From contig NC_133658.1 of NCBI RefSeq assembly GCF_037893015.1, forward strand, positions 742,338,877 through 742,402,876: a DNA stretch of 64,000 nucleotides. The letters run 5' to 3'. Each line of letters opens with the position of its first letter. Within the stretch, counting starts at the first letter, position 1. This document shows, piece after piece, positions 36,661-49,729 of this stretch. A program made the translations under genes and the position numbers. The stretch is from Macrotis lagotis (Eukaryota). Under the pieces are notes generated by a model that saw only the letters and a list, made by a program, of their open reading frames with translations, was not told the DNA's origin and did no database searches.

Positions 36661-36840
36661 AAAAAAAACCCCAAATAAATAAGTAAATAAATAAATATTT
36701 TTTTCAAATGAAGTGCTTGGGAGATTGGGTAAGGGAAAAATCTGCTTGGCCAGGTATTCTAGATAAAGCAAAGCAAACGACAGTCTCAAACCTTACCAAA
36801 ACAAATTTTTTATTTTAAGAACTATAATAAAAAAAATGTA

Positions 36841-36933
36841 TTAAGTGTCTGAGGCCGGATTTGAACTCAGGTACTCCTGACTCTAGGGCTGGTGCTCTAT
36901 CCACTGCACCACCTAGCTGCCCCTTAAATTTAC
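36841..36933 (-). mobile_element. Truncated tRNA-derived SINE copy
   Basis: ttaagtgtctgaggccggatttgaactcaggtactcctgactctagggctggtgctctatccactgcaccacctagctgcccc. Confidence 0.75.
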
Positions 36934-37720
36934 TTTTTTAATAAAGATTCAGAAGGTAAACAAAACAGGAAGTAGGAACAGTTTAAAAAGCAATAAAGGG
37001 GAAATGACCATACAGCTTCCTTTTCATACTTTCTGTATTATTTCTGGATTCCTCTTTTAATAGTATTAATCAAAGGATATGGCATATATAGAAAACCATA
37101 TACTTTAAGAATATTGTGATAATTTATTATGCATGATAGCCAGGGGGACAAATCATGTCCCTTCTGCTCTTCATCCTTGGGAACCCATGGGCTTTCCTGG
37201 ATCAAGGCAACCCAAGGCTGATGGTAGGGTTCATTCCAGTCTGGCCTTTAGGCGTAGTAGAGAGACCACAGAGCATTACATAGAATGAGGGAAAGTACTT
37301 GGGAAATGTGAGTCACAGAAAGAATCTTAGAAATAATCTGGTCCAACCTGTACATGAACATATTTAATCTCCAAAATCTTTCTTAAAATGTTTTAGTGAT
37401 TGAAAACTAACTCATTACCTTTGGGGCTCACCCATTACAATTTTGTATAGCTCTGAAAACAGGAAATAACCTGAATCAATAAGGTCTAAGGCTGATACTT
37501 TTTTGATATCTACTTTTATATAACTTTTGTCATTTATTGTGGGCTCACAGCCAAGTCACTCTTGGTGTCGAGATCCTTTCCAGTTCTAGGTCTTATGATC
37601 AGAGAATGATGAGAACTGCAGAGTAGGTAGTTTGTTTTTCTATAATTTCAAATTTAGGGTATTACCATGATTATCTATACATGAATAAAAATCACCTTTA
37701 ATATTACTATTGTTTTTTAG

Positions 37721-38097
<377 letters not shown>

Positions 38098-38427
38098 TGA
38101 CAATTCAGGTTCATGTGTATATGTATATACATATATATAAATAAAATTGTCCTTGGTCATAAACTGCTAAGAGAAACTAAGTCCTTATCACTAGTCGATC
38201 ATCACACAATGTTGCTATTACTGTGTACAATATTTTTCTGGTTCTGCATACTTCACTTAGCATTAGTTTGTGTAAATATTTCCAAATTTTTTTGAAATCA
38301 GCCTGCTCATCATTTCTTTATAGAACACATTACACACACATACTGCAACTTGGTTCAGCCATTCCGAATTGATGAGCATCCCTTCAATTGCCTATTCTTA
38401 TATGTATATATAATTTTTTTTAACTAG

Positions 38428-38548
38428 AAAAGCATTTTCCAGATGGAAGAAAAGAAATTATATTTCCTGACCAGTCCATTAAAAATTTATTTCAAGACGG
38501 GAGAGAAGAGAGCATTTTTCCAGATGGCACCATTGTTCGAGTACAACA
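38428..38548 (+). CDS. CENPJ: CENPJ coding exon 16 (G-box)
   Basis: Acceptor tttttttaactag|aa. Translation [40 protein letters not shown](Q) matches human [41 protein letters not shown]. Donor CA|gtaaga at 38548/38549. Confidence 0.92.
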
Positions 38549-39518
38549 GTAAGACTTGCTTAAATCCAATAGTAGTTTAAAAATTATACTCTTGCTTTTC
38601 TTACTACACAATTTCATGCCTATTTCATCTAAAACAAATTTTCAAATTTGTATTCTGAGTGTCAGATGTTGATTGAGTTGTTAGGTAAAGTTGCTATTTG
38701 CAATAAAACAGATTTAGTTGACTGACAATTTATTTGAAAAATTGCATATATGTGTGTATATCTATATATCTCTATATCTATAAAATAATTACTCTGTATA
38801 AACAATGCATGAGCATTGTATGACAGTGGAAAAGGAGAAATTCCAATCAGTGAATGCTTCCTTATTATTTTAGTTTGATATTAGGTAGGAATGAATATGG
38901 TTTAGGAGGAAGGCTTAGATAGAGGTATGTATGATTAAGTCAGCCAGCCTAGTGATAGGATGGCCTAATAGCTGGCATAATTTAGAATTTGGTATGATAA
39001 ATGATAAGGCACTATTGTAAAGTTTTGTAGTAGGTATGGACTAGATTGATGTAATGTCAAAATGTGACACTAGAAGAAAGGTCTAGATAAGATAAGAATT
39101 GACCTTCCCTTTAGAAATAGAATTTATTAGTTGGGTACAGCAGCCTTAAAACTGCTCACTGCCCTTTGAGCCTAGTACAACCTGTGAACTTGTGGTGAAG
39201 GAGATAAGAAAAATAAACTTAGTGTAACATTGAATTTCAGTGGCACATCAAGCACAGAGGAAAAAGGATCTGTAACAGGGACACTTATAGCTAAATAACA
39301 GGAAATTATCCATTGCTTATAATTTAAATAGTGAAAAATACATGCATATAAGTTTGTGGAGGGAAGAGAGGGCTGAATCTTGACTGGGTATGGATGGACT
39401 AAGAGGAACCACCCACTGAAGAAAAACTGGGAATATTGTTATTGGTTTGAGGTAGTGGCAACTTCCATACATAATGGAAAGAGAAATATTACTGAATTCC
39501 ATTTTTTTTTTGAAACAG

Positions 39519-39711
39519 AGATGGCAACAAAATAATAGAATTTAACAATGGCCAAAGAGAACTTCACACTCCTCAGTTCAAGAGAAGGGAATATCCAGAT
39601 GGCACCATTAAGACTGTATATTCTAATGGTCACCAAGAAACAAAGTATATATCTGGTCGAGTAAGAATTAAGGATAAAGATGGTAATGTTCTGGTGGACA
39701 CCAAATTGTAG
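39519..39711 (+). CDS. CENPJ: CENPJ terminal coding exon with stop codon TAG (39709-39711)
   Basis: Acceptor ttttttttttgaaacag|a. Translation [63 protein letters not shown] matches human [63 protein letters not shown]. All 16 exons sum to 4050 nt (1349 codons plus stop). Confidence 0.93.
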
Positions 39712-39771
39712 CAAACTGGGTTTTTTTTGAAATGAAGTGATGCATATGAGATATGCGGTGGGTGCTTTGAC

Positions 39772-39777
39772 AATAAA
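39772..39777 (+). promoter_or_regulatory. CENPJ: AATAAA polyadenylation signal candidate for CENPJ, 61 nt after the stop; a second AATAAA lies at 39885-39890
   Basis: Hexamer AATAAA lies in the short 3'UTR downstream of the TAG. Which site is used cannot be decided from sequence alone. Confidence 0.45.
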
Positions 39778-40124
39778 TTTCTATCCTTTCTTTTAAAAAT
39801 GTATATTTCTGTAAATTCTACAGTATCTTGCTATTTTGTATATAGTGTATAAAATGAAAAGTTTTGATGTTTTCAGATATCTAAAATAAACTTTAAATTT
39901 GATGGCCTGTCCTATCTGTGCTTTGATAGCTTGCAAAATGATGAAATGGAAGACAAAACATATTACCATGAAAATTAAATCAGCTAGCAGAAGATAAAAT
40001 TTATAATTGACTTTTTTTCCTAAATGAAAATTATTAAAACACGATGACAACAGTATGTTTAATTATATGGAAGTCAGTTTCAGGGTAATTGCAGCATGTG
40101 GAATAGGGCTGAGGCTAGTATTTG

Positions 40125-40422
40125 TTTATGCAATGGGGTTAAATGACTTGCCCAAGGTCACACAACCAGGCAATTATTAATATCTAAGGCTGGATTTAAA
40201 ATCACCGCCTCCTGATTCCAGGACTGGTGTGCTAGCCACTGTGCCCCCAGCTGCCCCTCAAGTATTTATTTTAGTTTTTTTTTTGTAAGGTAAATGGGGT
40301 TAAAGTGGCTTGCCCAAGACTACACAGCTAGGTAATTATTAAGTGTCTGAGACTGGATTTGAACTCAGGTACTCCTGACTCCAGGGCCGGTGCTTTATCC
40401 ACTGCACCATCTAGCTGCCCCT
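40125..40422 (-). mobile_element. Tandem pair of same-orientation tRNA-derived SINE copies (about 40125-40262 and 40272-40422) in the CENPJ/RNF17 3' intergenic region
   Basis: ...gcaatggggttaaatgacttgcccaaggtcacacaaccaggcaattattaatatctaaggctggatttaaaatcaccgcctcctgattccagg...gcccccagctgcccc, then poly-T followed by gtaaggtaaatggggttaaagtggcttgcccaagactacacagctaggtaattattaagtgtctgag...gcaccatctagctgcccc. Confidence 0.85.
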
Positions 40423-42184
40423 CAAGTATTTATTTTAAAAAACAATATAACAATGAGCTAAAAATATAACTAGCCTAAAGTATATTCTCATAGACTGAAG
40501 ACTTCTATCAAATAAATAGAAGGATCTTTTTAAAAATTATGACTCAGTTTGCAATAAGGAGTCAAATGTGTTGGAACAATCTAATATTTTATGCACTGCT
40601 TCAAATTTTACAAAGTGCTTTCCTCAAGATATTGTTTGAAGGTTAGTAAATGCAAATTAACATCATAATGATTGTAATTTAAATTGTCTCTTGGAATCCT
40701 TTACTCCCTTCAAAGCTCCTTGACAGCTGGGGCTCTTTCATTTTTGTCCTTGGATGCCTCCTCCAATGTCTTGCATGTAGTAGGCACTTAAATACTTATG
40801 AACTATATTTCTACTTCATCACCCTGTACTTTGGGGGAAACATTTTCAAAGAATCAAGTAATGGATAAATCAAGTCCTACGAATCAAAATGGCAAGATTA
40901 AGGGCTACTCAAGAACTAAATGCTGAAGAGTTAGAGATAAGAAACTCCAGATGAAGATACTCTTCTAAGTCCAAGTAGACTGGAACTTTATCTACAACTC
41001 ACAGCCTTAGGAAGGATGTTTCTAAGAGCACTGAAAGGATATGTGACTTTTCCAGGGTCAAAGCCACTTTGTGTCATAGAAACTTGAACCTGGCTCTAGC
41101 AGAGTATTCAAGTCTTTTCTTTATTCTGTATAGAATGACAAATGCAAATCTAAAAAAAGGACAGTGGTAAGTTGTCCCTTTTCAAAGGACAATCTTTTGG
41201 TGATGGGATTCCCAAATCAAGTTATACCAGTATTAAAATAATTAGGTACAAGATTTTAGATGATAAATGGACCAAAGATAAATGATAGTTCATAATGGAA
41301 AAAATATTACTTCTCAAAAGTGAATGCAATCCTAAAATAGACTAGCCTGCCCCAAGAGATAATAAATGAAGGTTTCATTTCTTAAGATAATCCTATAATA
41401 TAGTAAATAAATGAGATGTTATTTCAATAGTTACTAAAACTAATGATAAAAAATCATCCACTGTTTTTCTTGTGTTTTGACTTATTTAGGAAAGTATAAA
41501 CAAAGATTTTCACTTTTTATTTTCCTCATCAATGAATGGTTAGCAAAGGGTTGAAAATTTTATATATGACTCAACTTACATAAACTGTTTTGATTTCAAA
41601 GAGTTTCTTAAGGTTGACAATTATTACCATTCCATTTATTTACATGGTTGAGATTGTACCATACTACAAGAAGAAATTTTCCAACAAAAGATTTTATACA
41701 TGCTGAAATAAAAACATAACAAACCAGGGAAGTTTACACAGAGACTCAAAACAAACATTTATTAAGTATTCCTAACAATCAAACACAGAGGACAATATAT
41801 GAAAATTATGTTGAAAAACTAAACAAAAATAAGCCTGAACCTACTCTAAACAGAACTAAAATGTTTCTTCTGGGCTGCCACATGTGATCAGCATGTCACA
41901 GATTATACCTGAAAAACAAAAGCTCTGGTATAATAGTACATTTACATTTTAAAGCCTAGATTTGTGGATGTTTCTTGATTGAAACTTTAAGACTAATTCC
42001 AAAAATTTGTAAGATTCTCTATGTGAAGTTTTGTGGATTAGCTTGAAATTAGCTTTTACTTTTGATGGCTATTATTATAACATTCAATTTTCTTTCAAAG
42101 AAAAGATGGTATATAAAATGATTTATCTTAAACATTTCTGAATTGTTGGAAATATCTAATACAAATAGATTAAAAAGAAAAAAC

Positions 42185-42187
42185 TTT

Positions 42188-42190
<3 letters not shown>
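42185..42190 (-). promoter_or_regulatory. RNF17: Candidate RNF17 polyadenylation signal (AATAAA on the - strand)
   Basis: Top-strand TTTATT sits about 615 nt downstream of the RNF17 stop codon, next to a (TG)n tract. This is tentative; an alternative TATAAA-like hexamer lies nearer the stop at about 42466. Confidence 0.25.

Positions 42191-42218
<28 letters not shown>
42191..42218. repeat. (TG)14 microsatellite in the RNF17 3' region
   Basis: tgtgtgtgtgtgtgtgtgtgtgtgtgtg; it produces spurious ORFs 42049..42270 and 42143..42343. Confidence 0.95.
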
Positions 42219-42220
<2 letters not shown>

Positions 42221-42803
42221 ACACAGCTCTGGATTTTCTCAGATGCCATGACTTGTCCAATTGCTTGCAAATGGGGGAGAAAACCTCTTGATGAAGATGA
42301 AACCCTAGTTTCAAACTCTGTCTCTGAAACTACCTTAATGTGACTACAGGAAAGTCTTTTTCCCCCAATTGATAACCACTAGTATTCATTCTTGTTCTAA
42401 TATTCTGAGTTCAGACATAGATGCAACTGGACAAGTCAGTAACCTACACACATTCATAGATAGATTTATACATATATAAATTTAATCCAATCAACCAGGA
42501 TTTCTCCCTCAATATTATTACCAGTCTCGATTCCAGTAGGTATTTGTATAGGTACCCCAAATAGCTGCTAAAAGCTACTGGTACATTCTTCTAAGAAAAG
42601 GTTATCTAGAGATTTGAGTGCTGGCACTACCTTTTTCAAGATAAAGGATAGGGAGAGCATCTAAGAGGAATTATTTAGGGAAATTTTTCCTAAAGCTCAC
42701 TTTCTACTTCTGTGATGCAACAAGGGAAAATCATGATGTATGGCATTGATGTCTGAAACAAAGTTATGCTAGTTACATCAAAAGTATTATATATATACTT
42801 ACA

Positions 42804-42902
42804 TCATTCATCTAAATCTGCAAGTCCCATTTCTATCAATGACATATGAACTGGATATTGTTCATCTTCATATAAAGTCACTACATATTCTGGTGACTGA
42901 GT
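42804..42902 (-). CDS. RNF17: RNF17 terminal coding exon (stop codon TGA = top strand 42804-42806); end of the C-terminal extended Tudor domain
   Basis: Reverse strand has acceptor tttacttttgttttag|ACT. Translation [32 protein letters not shown] shows the typical Tudor C-terminal V.L.D....GLA pattern. Phase 0 continues from the exon at 43723-43912. Confidence 0.7.
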   Translation of the reverse strand, partial: TQSPEYVVTLYEDEQYPVHMSLIEMGLADLDE

Positions 42903-43722
42903 CTAAAACAAAAGTAAAGTTTGACCAACAAGTTAATCACTTCCATCCCTTCTCCTTTATTCTAGTCCAGGCTATTCACAGCTTTGTTAATCCATTCTAG
43001 CCATTCTTGAAATTCTCAAGATAAATTCTCTCACACACAGTCACCTTGGACAGACTTCAGCACTGAAGCCAACAATGTGTATGTGTATAGATTTCTCTAT
43101 ATGTGTGCATAATAGATAACTAGTACCTACATACATGTATAAATGTATTTACAGATTTATTTCTAGATACCTAATTTTAATTATCTTTGAGAACTTCTAT
43201 CCTAAACAGGCCTATTTTATACTCTTAATAAATGTCATAGTTCTCATATATGTAGAGAAAACTAAACACTTGCTGAATATAATGTTTCAAAGGAACTATG
43301 GGCATTTATCTTAATAAAACCAAACAGATTATTCTTATTTAGGATCTCTAATACTATTTCTACTATAAAGATTTCAAAGTTAGTTTTGTGCATATTGTAT
43401 ACTTAAAAATGGATTCCAAGTCTGGATAACTAAAGATTGAAACATGACTATAAACCTTACGTCTCTTTTATATGCTATATCAATGATGCCAAATTCAAAT
43501 AATAAGGGATCCCTGTGATATGTATACTGACTCAGTAACTCACAAATTAACACTATATTAAACATTTCCCAATTACATATAAATCAGATTCCAGTCACAG
43601 GAATTTGATACCCTTTGTGTTTTATAATTATGAAAAAGGTAACTGAGAAGATCATTTAACAATACCAATTACCATAAAAAAATTCTGAACTCTGAAGTAT
43701 TCTAATTAGCATAAAAATTTAC

Positions 43723-43912
43723 CAATGAAGAAGCATAAAGTTGTTTTCCTTGAAGACAATCTATCATAGCCCACATGGCTTCCATGCTCCATTTGGGGCA
43801 ATATGGAATTCTTGTCTTTTCTGAATCTTTTAATGGAGGTTTAAATCCAGCCAAAAGAACTTTTACAGCCCGGGCAGGATATTTCATAAGGTGAAGAGGA
43901 ATCTGACGCAGT
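43723..43912 (-). CDS. RNF17: RNF17 coding exon (extended Tudor, post-core segment)
   Basis: Reverse strand has acceptor tgttttaatgtttcttctatttcag|A. Translation (R)[63 protein letters not shown] carries the P.qA..C.L.g..P...W...a motif of extended Tudor domains. Donor TTG|gtaaat. 190 nt, phase 2 in and phase 0 out. Confidence 0.75.
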
Positions 43913-44059
43913 CTGAAATAGAAGAAACATTAAAACAGCATGTAATGATTTAATGATTTAAAAAATTTTAAAGAATTATGAACAACAAAAATATTCTTGG
44001 AAAAAGGAAGAAAGATATGTCCTTAATAGATCGCTAAACATAATTATGTTGAAATTCAC

Positions 44060-44195
44060 CTGCTTGTTGGCAATTTTTCAGTTGATCCATAATCAACAAA
44101 TTGAACCAGGATGGCAAGGGGATCAAATTCTTTGATGGAAAGAATCTTTGCTCGATACCATAAACCATCATTATATTCTGCAAGACAAGGCATTT
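44060..44195 (-). CDS. RNF17: RNF17 coding exon encoding the Tudor core
   Basis: Reverse strand has acceptor ttttattctctcttcag|AA. Translation (E)[44 protein letters not shown](R) carries the canonical Tudor signature C.A.Y..DG.WYRA.I...V.F.DYG. Donor AG|gtgaat. The ORF-track entry 44056..44250 on the - strand overlaps this exon. Confidence 0.85.
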
Positions 44196-44339
44196 CTGAA
44201 GAGAGAATAAAAGAGAAATTATAATATAAACCTGATATTTTTACTAACAAAAATAAGACCCTCTATATTTCTTTATATTAGCCTTGATTTCCGTTACTTC
44301 CAGAAATAAATTCCCACTTTCTCAATGCCCTTAAAAATT

Positions 44340-45070
44340 TTTTTCTTTTATTATTTTTCCAATCTGATGTGAAAATAGTGTTCAACAATCATTTTTTTGT
44401 AAAGTTTTCTCCCTTCCATCCTGTTCTCCCACCACCCCAAGATAGCAAGTAATCTGATACAGGTCAAACATGAACAATCATGTTACACATATTTTCTCAT
44501 TAGTCATGCTGTAAAAGAAGAATCAGAGCAAAAGGGAAAAAAATGACAAGAAAGAAAAAATAAAAAATAATTGAAAATATTATGCTTTGGTACTCTATAG
44601 TTTTTTCTCTGGATGTGGATGACATTTTCCATTACAAGTCTTAAAATTATCCTTGGTCATAACCTGCTAAGAAAGATAAATCCCTATCATAGTTGATTAT
44701 TACACACAATGCTGTTACTGTGTACAATTTTGTCCTGATTCTGCTCACTTCATTCAGCATTAGTTTGTGTGTTCACAAATTTTTTTTTGAAATCAACCTG
44801 CATCATTTCTTATAGAACACATCACAAATACTACAATTTGTTCAGTCATTCTGAATTGATGGACATTCCCTTAATTTCCAATTCTTTGCCACCATACAAA
44901 AAGAGCTGCTTTAAATATTTTTTGTACATGTAGGGTCTTTTCCACTTTTTTTGGACTTCTTTGGGATATAGACCTAGGAGTGGATATAGTTTTAAAGCTC
45001 TTTAAGGTATGGTTCCAAATTGCTTTCCAGAAAGGTTGAATCAGTTCTCAAAGGTACCAAAAGTGCTTAA
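44340..45070 (+). repeat. Unclassified interspersed repeat family with copies at about 1140-1400, 14190-14830, 38150-38410, 44340-45070 and 60290-60760
   Basis: Shared blocks are ttttccaattacatg..., tctctggatgtggatgacattttccat, catagttgattattacacacaatgctgttactgtgtacaa, and gaaatcaacctgcatcatttcttatagaacacatcacaaatactacaatttgttcagtcattctgaattgatgg. The 38150-38410 and 60590-60760 segments align to the 44620-44900 segment. Confidence 0.5.
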
Positions 45071-46703
45071 CCAGAGGGTAGAAAAATTTGGGTTTAAATT
45101 CCACTGAATATTTTTCATGACTATTGAGGTCACTTCTCTTCTTTGAACCCCACTGATTTTTCACTAGATAAAGATTAACAACTCAGAGATATTCTTGGAA
45201 AAAGGAAGGAAGATAATGCCCTTAACAGTTTATTGCTAAACATGATTATGGGGAAGCACTTTTTTCAGGAGTTGGATTCTCTGTGAGAAACTTTGGACAG
45301 GGATAAAAGACAAACAGGGTTGGTAGGCAGGACTGGGAACTTTAGCATTGGAGGAACTTATGAATCAATGAAATTACAAATCGACTGGAGTACCCACTTC
45401 ACAGTATCGTTTAAGGTTCAAAAAAATTTACTAAGTTTGGATGGGGTCAATGAGGTTTCTTAAATATGACCACCTTCTATGTATGGCTGAGGGAGTGAGT
45501 TGAGGATATCAAGGACCTAGAAAACTAGTGTTTGAAGGAAACAGAAATTGGGATGGGGGAAAGCTAAACTATTTGAGAGAAGAGAGACCTTTTTGAGAAT
45601 TCTAAAGAAGATGACATCAAGAATCTGGACAGAAGAGAGTGAACTTTATCGTTCAGTAATTTTTTTTCTCCTCAAGTCTATACTTCTGTTAATTATACCA
45701 CAGTGTTACCCTTTCACTTTCTATCTCTCTTATAGTATCTATCATAAACTGGCTTGAAATGTAACTGATTATACTGTGGAAACGGGTTTCTAAGTGAGCC
45801 TATAAAACTCAATATAGCAAATGTTGTACCAAAAAGTATTTCTGAATTAGTTTAACTTTAGTTCTACTTAGAATCATATAAATTTATTATACTTAGAAAG
45901 TCTAGAATTATTTACAAGTATACCTTCTAATCACCATCAACTCATACTTGAAGCATTTCCAGTTCTAGTAGGGTTATGTTCCCCTTTCAGAATTCAGGGT
46001 TGCCATCTCACAATTGGGCATTATTTTAACAGCCCAATAATGGCTAATTACTGAGGATCAACCTAGCAAAAGTTCAGTGATTCATTACTAAGTTGACTCA
46101 GGGTGATTTTTTTTTTTGTGGGAGACAGGTTGCAAAATTAACTCAGACTAATTAGTTGAGAGGTTGCTATAAGAATTTGTGAAGGAAGCACTCTTTTCTG
46201 AGGAATTATAGATCACTGAAGCACTAAAGTATTAAAAATTCTGTTTAATAAGTCTATCATTATTTCATATGCCAATCCACTGACAGGTTTAATTTTCTGT
46301 TTGCCTTAACGATAATCCCAAGTTAAATAAGTTGAAATAATGAGAAAGTAAAGTTAATATCAAAGCTAGTTCTGACCAACTTTAAACTTGGCTAAACCAT
46401 TCCCCCTCTTTAGAGTTTTCTGATCACTTTGTATGAGAAATAATAGAGATGCTACTTGTGGTTCTTCATAGTCATAGTAAAAAAGTAAGCTCAATGAAAA
46501 GACCCACAATACCCCAATTCCATATTTTGCACATGTGTAAAAGAGATTTACAAAACTAAGTGCTGGATCAATGCTAGCTATTTTATCTATCTATCTATAT
46601 CTATATATATGAGAACATGTAAATTATATGAAACAAATTAGAAATATAAAAATATATAAAAATATTGAATGCAAATAAAAACACTTAAAAAACCTTACAA
46701 CTG

Positions 46704-46830
46704 GGCAGTTAAGTGGAACAGTGGATAGAGCCCTGGAGTCAGGAGGACCTGAGTTCAAATCTGACCTCAGATACTTAATGATTACCTAACTGTGTTACCT
46801 TGGGCAAGTCCATTGTCTTGCAAAAAAACC
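46704..46830 (+). mobile_element. tRNA-derived SINE copy (RNF17 intron)
   Basis: gggcagttaagtggaacagtggatagagccctggagtcaggaggacctgagttcaaatctgacctcagatacttaatgattacctaactgtgttaccttgggcaagtccattgtcttgcaaaaaaacc. Confidence 0.8.
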
Positions 46831-47490
46831 CAATTAAAAAAAAGAAAAGGGGAAAAAAAATCTCACAACTAAACTCAAGAGTAAATGGAACAACCAATAT
46901 AATTTTCACAGATGATGAAATATATTTCCCTTCTCTTTGTAAAAGAGCTGGGGGACAGTAGTCACAGACTACTATGTCTCAATTAACTTAATTTTCTTTT
47001 TTTTTAAAAAGAGTGTTCCACAAGAATGGGGTACATCTATTTTACATAAAAGAGGCAAGGAAAAAGCTTTTGCCATGGAGTGGGAGGGGTGAGGGGGAGC
47101 TGGGGGAGCCTTTACTCTCAACAGAAGTGGTTCAGATAGGAATGACATATACAACTCAATTGGGTATAGAAATCTCTCTTATCCTAGTAGAAAATAGGAG
47201 AAGAAAGGGGATAGCGGAGTGGGGGGGTGTTGTAGGTGATAGAAGAGAGGGAAGATGGTAGGAGAGGGTAATCAGATACAACACACTTTTGCGGAAGGAC
47301 AGGGTGAAAAAAAAGAATAGAATAAATAGGGGTGGGATACAAGATGGAGGGAAATACAGCTAGTAGTAATAGCAACTGTGGGAAAAATATTGAAGCAATT
47401 TCTCTGGATGGATTTATGATAAAGAATGTTATCCACCCCAAAGAGAGAGCTGACAGTGTCTGAATACAGACTGAAACACACTCATTTTTT

Positions 47491-47530
47491 GTCCTCCATT
47501 TTTATTATTATTATTATTATTATTATTGTT
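47491..47530. repeat. (ATT)n microsatellite
   Basis: tattattattattattattattattgttattattaattatta. Confidence 0.9.
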
Positions 47531-47534
47531 ATTA

Positions 47535-47690
47535 TTAATTATTATGTTTTTGTAAGGCAAATGGGGTTAAGTGGCTTGCCCAAGGCCTCACAGCTAGGTA
47601 ATTATTAAGTGTCTGAAGTCGGATTTCAACTCAGGTACTCCTGACTTCAGGGCCAGTGCTCCATCCACTGCACCACCTAGCTGCCCCCCC
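47535..47690 (-). mobile_element. tRNA-derived SINE copy adjacent to the (ATT)n microsatellite
   Basis: gtaaggcaaatggggttaagtggcttgcccaaggcctcacagctaggtaattattaagtgtctgaagtcggatttcaactcagg...gcaccacctagctgccccccc. ORF-track entry 47426..47608 covers it. Confidence 0.85.
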
Positions 47691-48223
47691 CATTTATTTT
47701 TCTCAAGGTTTCTCTATGTGTGTGTGTAATTATGTTTATTTTGTGACATGACTTGTAGCAATGTGTTTTGTGGCTACATAATTTTAACTTATACCAAGTA
47801 ACTGACTTGCTCAGTGGAGGGAGGTGGGGTAGGAGGAAGGGAGATAATTTGGAACTCAAGGTTTTGGAGACTTGCTTTTCCATGTAGCTGGGATTAAAAA
47901 AAATGTAAAAAAAAAGAATGTGGTACCATCAGGAAATGACTATGGTATAAAAACCAAAAGATGCCAATAACACTATGGCATCTTCAATGAAGGTGGAAAT
48001 ATAAAATATTTCTTCTATTAAGGAAAATAGCTGATATATAAAAAAAGTGTAACAAAGTTCCTGATTAAAGAAATTATTTTTCTATTTTTTCACTTTTTCA
48101 AAACAAACATTTATTTAATGAAAGCTGTCACAAATATTTTTAAAAAGCATGTCAAAATTTCATTAAGAATAAAAATATTAGGAAATTTCTCTGTGTTTGA
48201 AGAATAACATAAAAGAAAAATAC

Positions 48224-48383
48224 CTGATCTAAAATCTGTCAATGAAGGGAGAAAATCCACATTCTGATTACAACTCAGTAGTACGTCATCTAGGCTCTTT
48301 GGTTCAGACTCCCAGCTGACTCCAGGAACAACTGTGTCATTTTGCTGGTTCAAGTTTTCTATTAAATCAAGGCATATATATAC
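48224..48383 (-). CDS. RNF17: RNF17 coding exon (Tudor N-terminal extension/linker); an alternative acceptor would start it at top strand 48358
   Basis: Reverse strand has a pyrimidine tract ttgcctttttatttttttttttggcctag|GTA. Translation VYICLDLIENLNQQNDTVVPGVSWESEPKSLDDVLLSCNQNVDFLPSLTDFRS, donor CAG|gtattt. Only the 48383 acceptor keeps the phase between the exon at 51853-51969 (ends phase 0) and the Tudor-core exon at 44060-44195 (needs a 1-nt carry). Confidence 0.55.
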
Positions 48384-49729
48384 CTAGGCCAAAAAAAAAA
48401 ATAAAAAGGCAATACATTTAAATTTTGTTATTTTTGCAATATTTGTTATTTTAATTAGCAAAAGAATGCATAAGAACCAATAGTAATTATAACTAGAATA
48501 CTTTTTGGCACTTCTGCTCTGATACCTTATCAACTTCTTGACCCTTAATATGAAGGTGTTCCTCAGGAGACTTTTTCTTTTCTCTCTCTTTTATTTTGCC
48601 ATATTTTTCCCCTGTTAGATCTCAGGAGCCATCTAGTTTAATCAATTATCTGAAACACGATTTTCAAGCACTGAAGAGGAGGGAAACCTTCATTGGGATG
48701 TTTTAATTGCTAGGGAAAAGTTTCCTTATATCTAGCCTAAATTTGTCTCCCTGCAATATTCAAAGATTGTTTCTAATTCTGTTTTCTGGGGTCAGTCAGA
48801 ACAAGCCTAATTCTTCCTTCCACATGATAGTGCATTTATGCTTTTTTCCAAATCAATGATAAAACTGTTAAACAAGTCAGACTTAAACACAGATTCCTGA
48901 AGTAGTTTGTCAAACTTTCAAGTTGAAATTGATCCTAATAATTAGTAAGTATTCTTGTGAAGTCAACTTGATCAGTTTTGAATCTAACTTATTTTTTGAC
49001 TCATTTTCCCATAAGAATAGCATGATGAGATCATGGAGACTATGTCAAATACTTTGCTAAAATAGAGGAAAACTATATAGGATTTCTTTGAACTAACCAT
49101 TGAGCAACTGGTTCAAAAAGCTGAGGAAGGAATGAGTTTAGATGTAGCTCCATAGGACAGGGAGTTGAGTTTCAAAGGCAACAAACCATTCTTTTCTTCT
49201 CCAATTCCAGGCCAAATTCGCTGTCTATTTATGGTGTCTGTCCAAGATCTACATAGAGTTGACAAGTTCCTTCAAACATACCAATATTATAATTGGGATA
49301 ACAAGTATTCTTCAACCACTGGGTTTTCCCTAAGAGGATAATTTTGTGTAACTCTTTGGTTTATGGATTCTAGGGCTTGATGCAATTGGTATAATGTCAT
49401 CTATAAATAGGTAGTTTTTAGGTTAGGGCTGTTGAAAATGTGGCCCACAGAGCAATTTTATGTGCCTCCCTGTAGCTTGACTAAATGAGATTTAGTAAAT
49501 GAAAGCGAGTTACCACAGAGTTCTTACTAAAATGGCAAATCAAAATATATTGTCTATTGCTTCAATAAAAACTTTTAAAAGTTAGGTTGGACAGGTTGGA
49601 CAGTCCTGTTTTAGATGAAGAAATGATAGCATATGAAAAAGTGCTCTAATTCATTTATTGGTTAGAGAACTATAACAAATGAAAACAACTTTGAAGTATG
49701 ACTTCACACCTATCAGATGACAAAAAAGA

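Noticed and set aside
48358-48383. Alternative acceptor (gatttaatag|AAAAC) for the RNF17 exon giving a 135-nt exon
   Set aside because: It would require a 1-nt carry from the upstream exon, but the upstream exon (51853-51969) ends in phase 0. The acceptor at 48383 (first AG after a long pyrimidine tract) restores a consistent frame.
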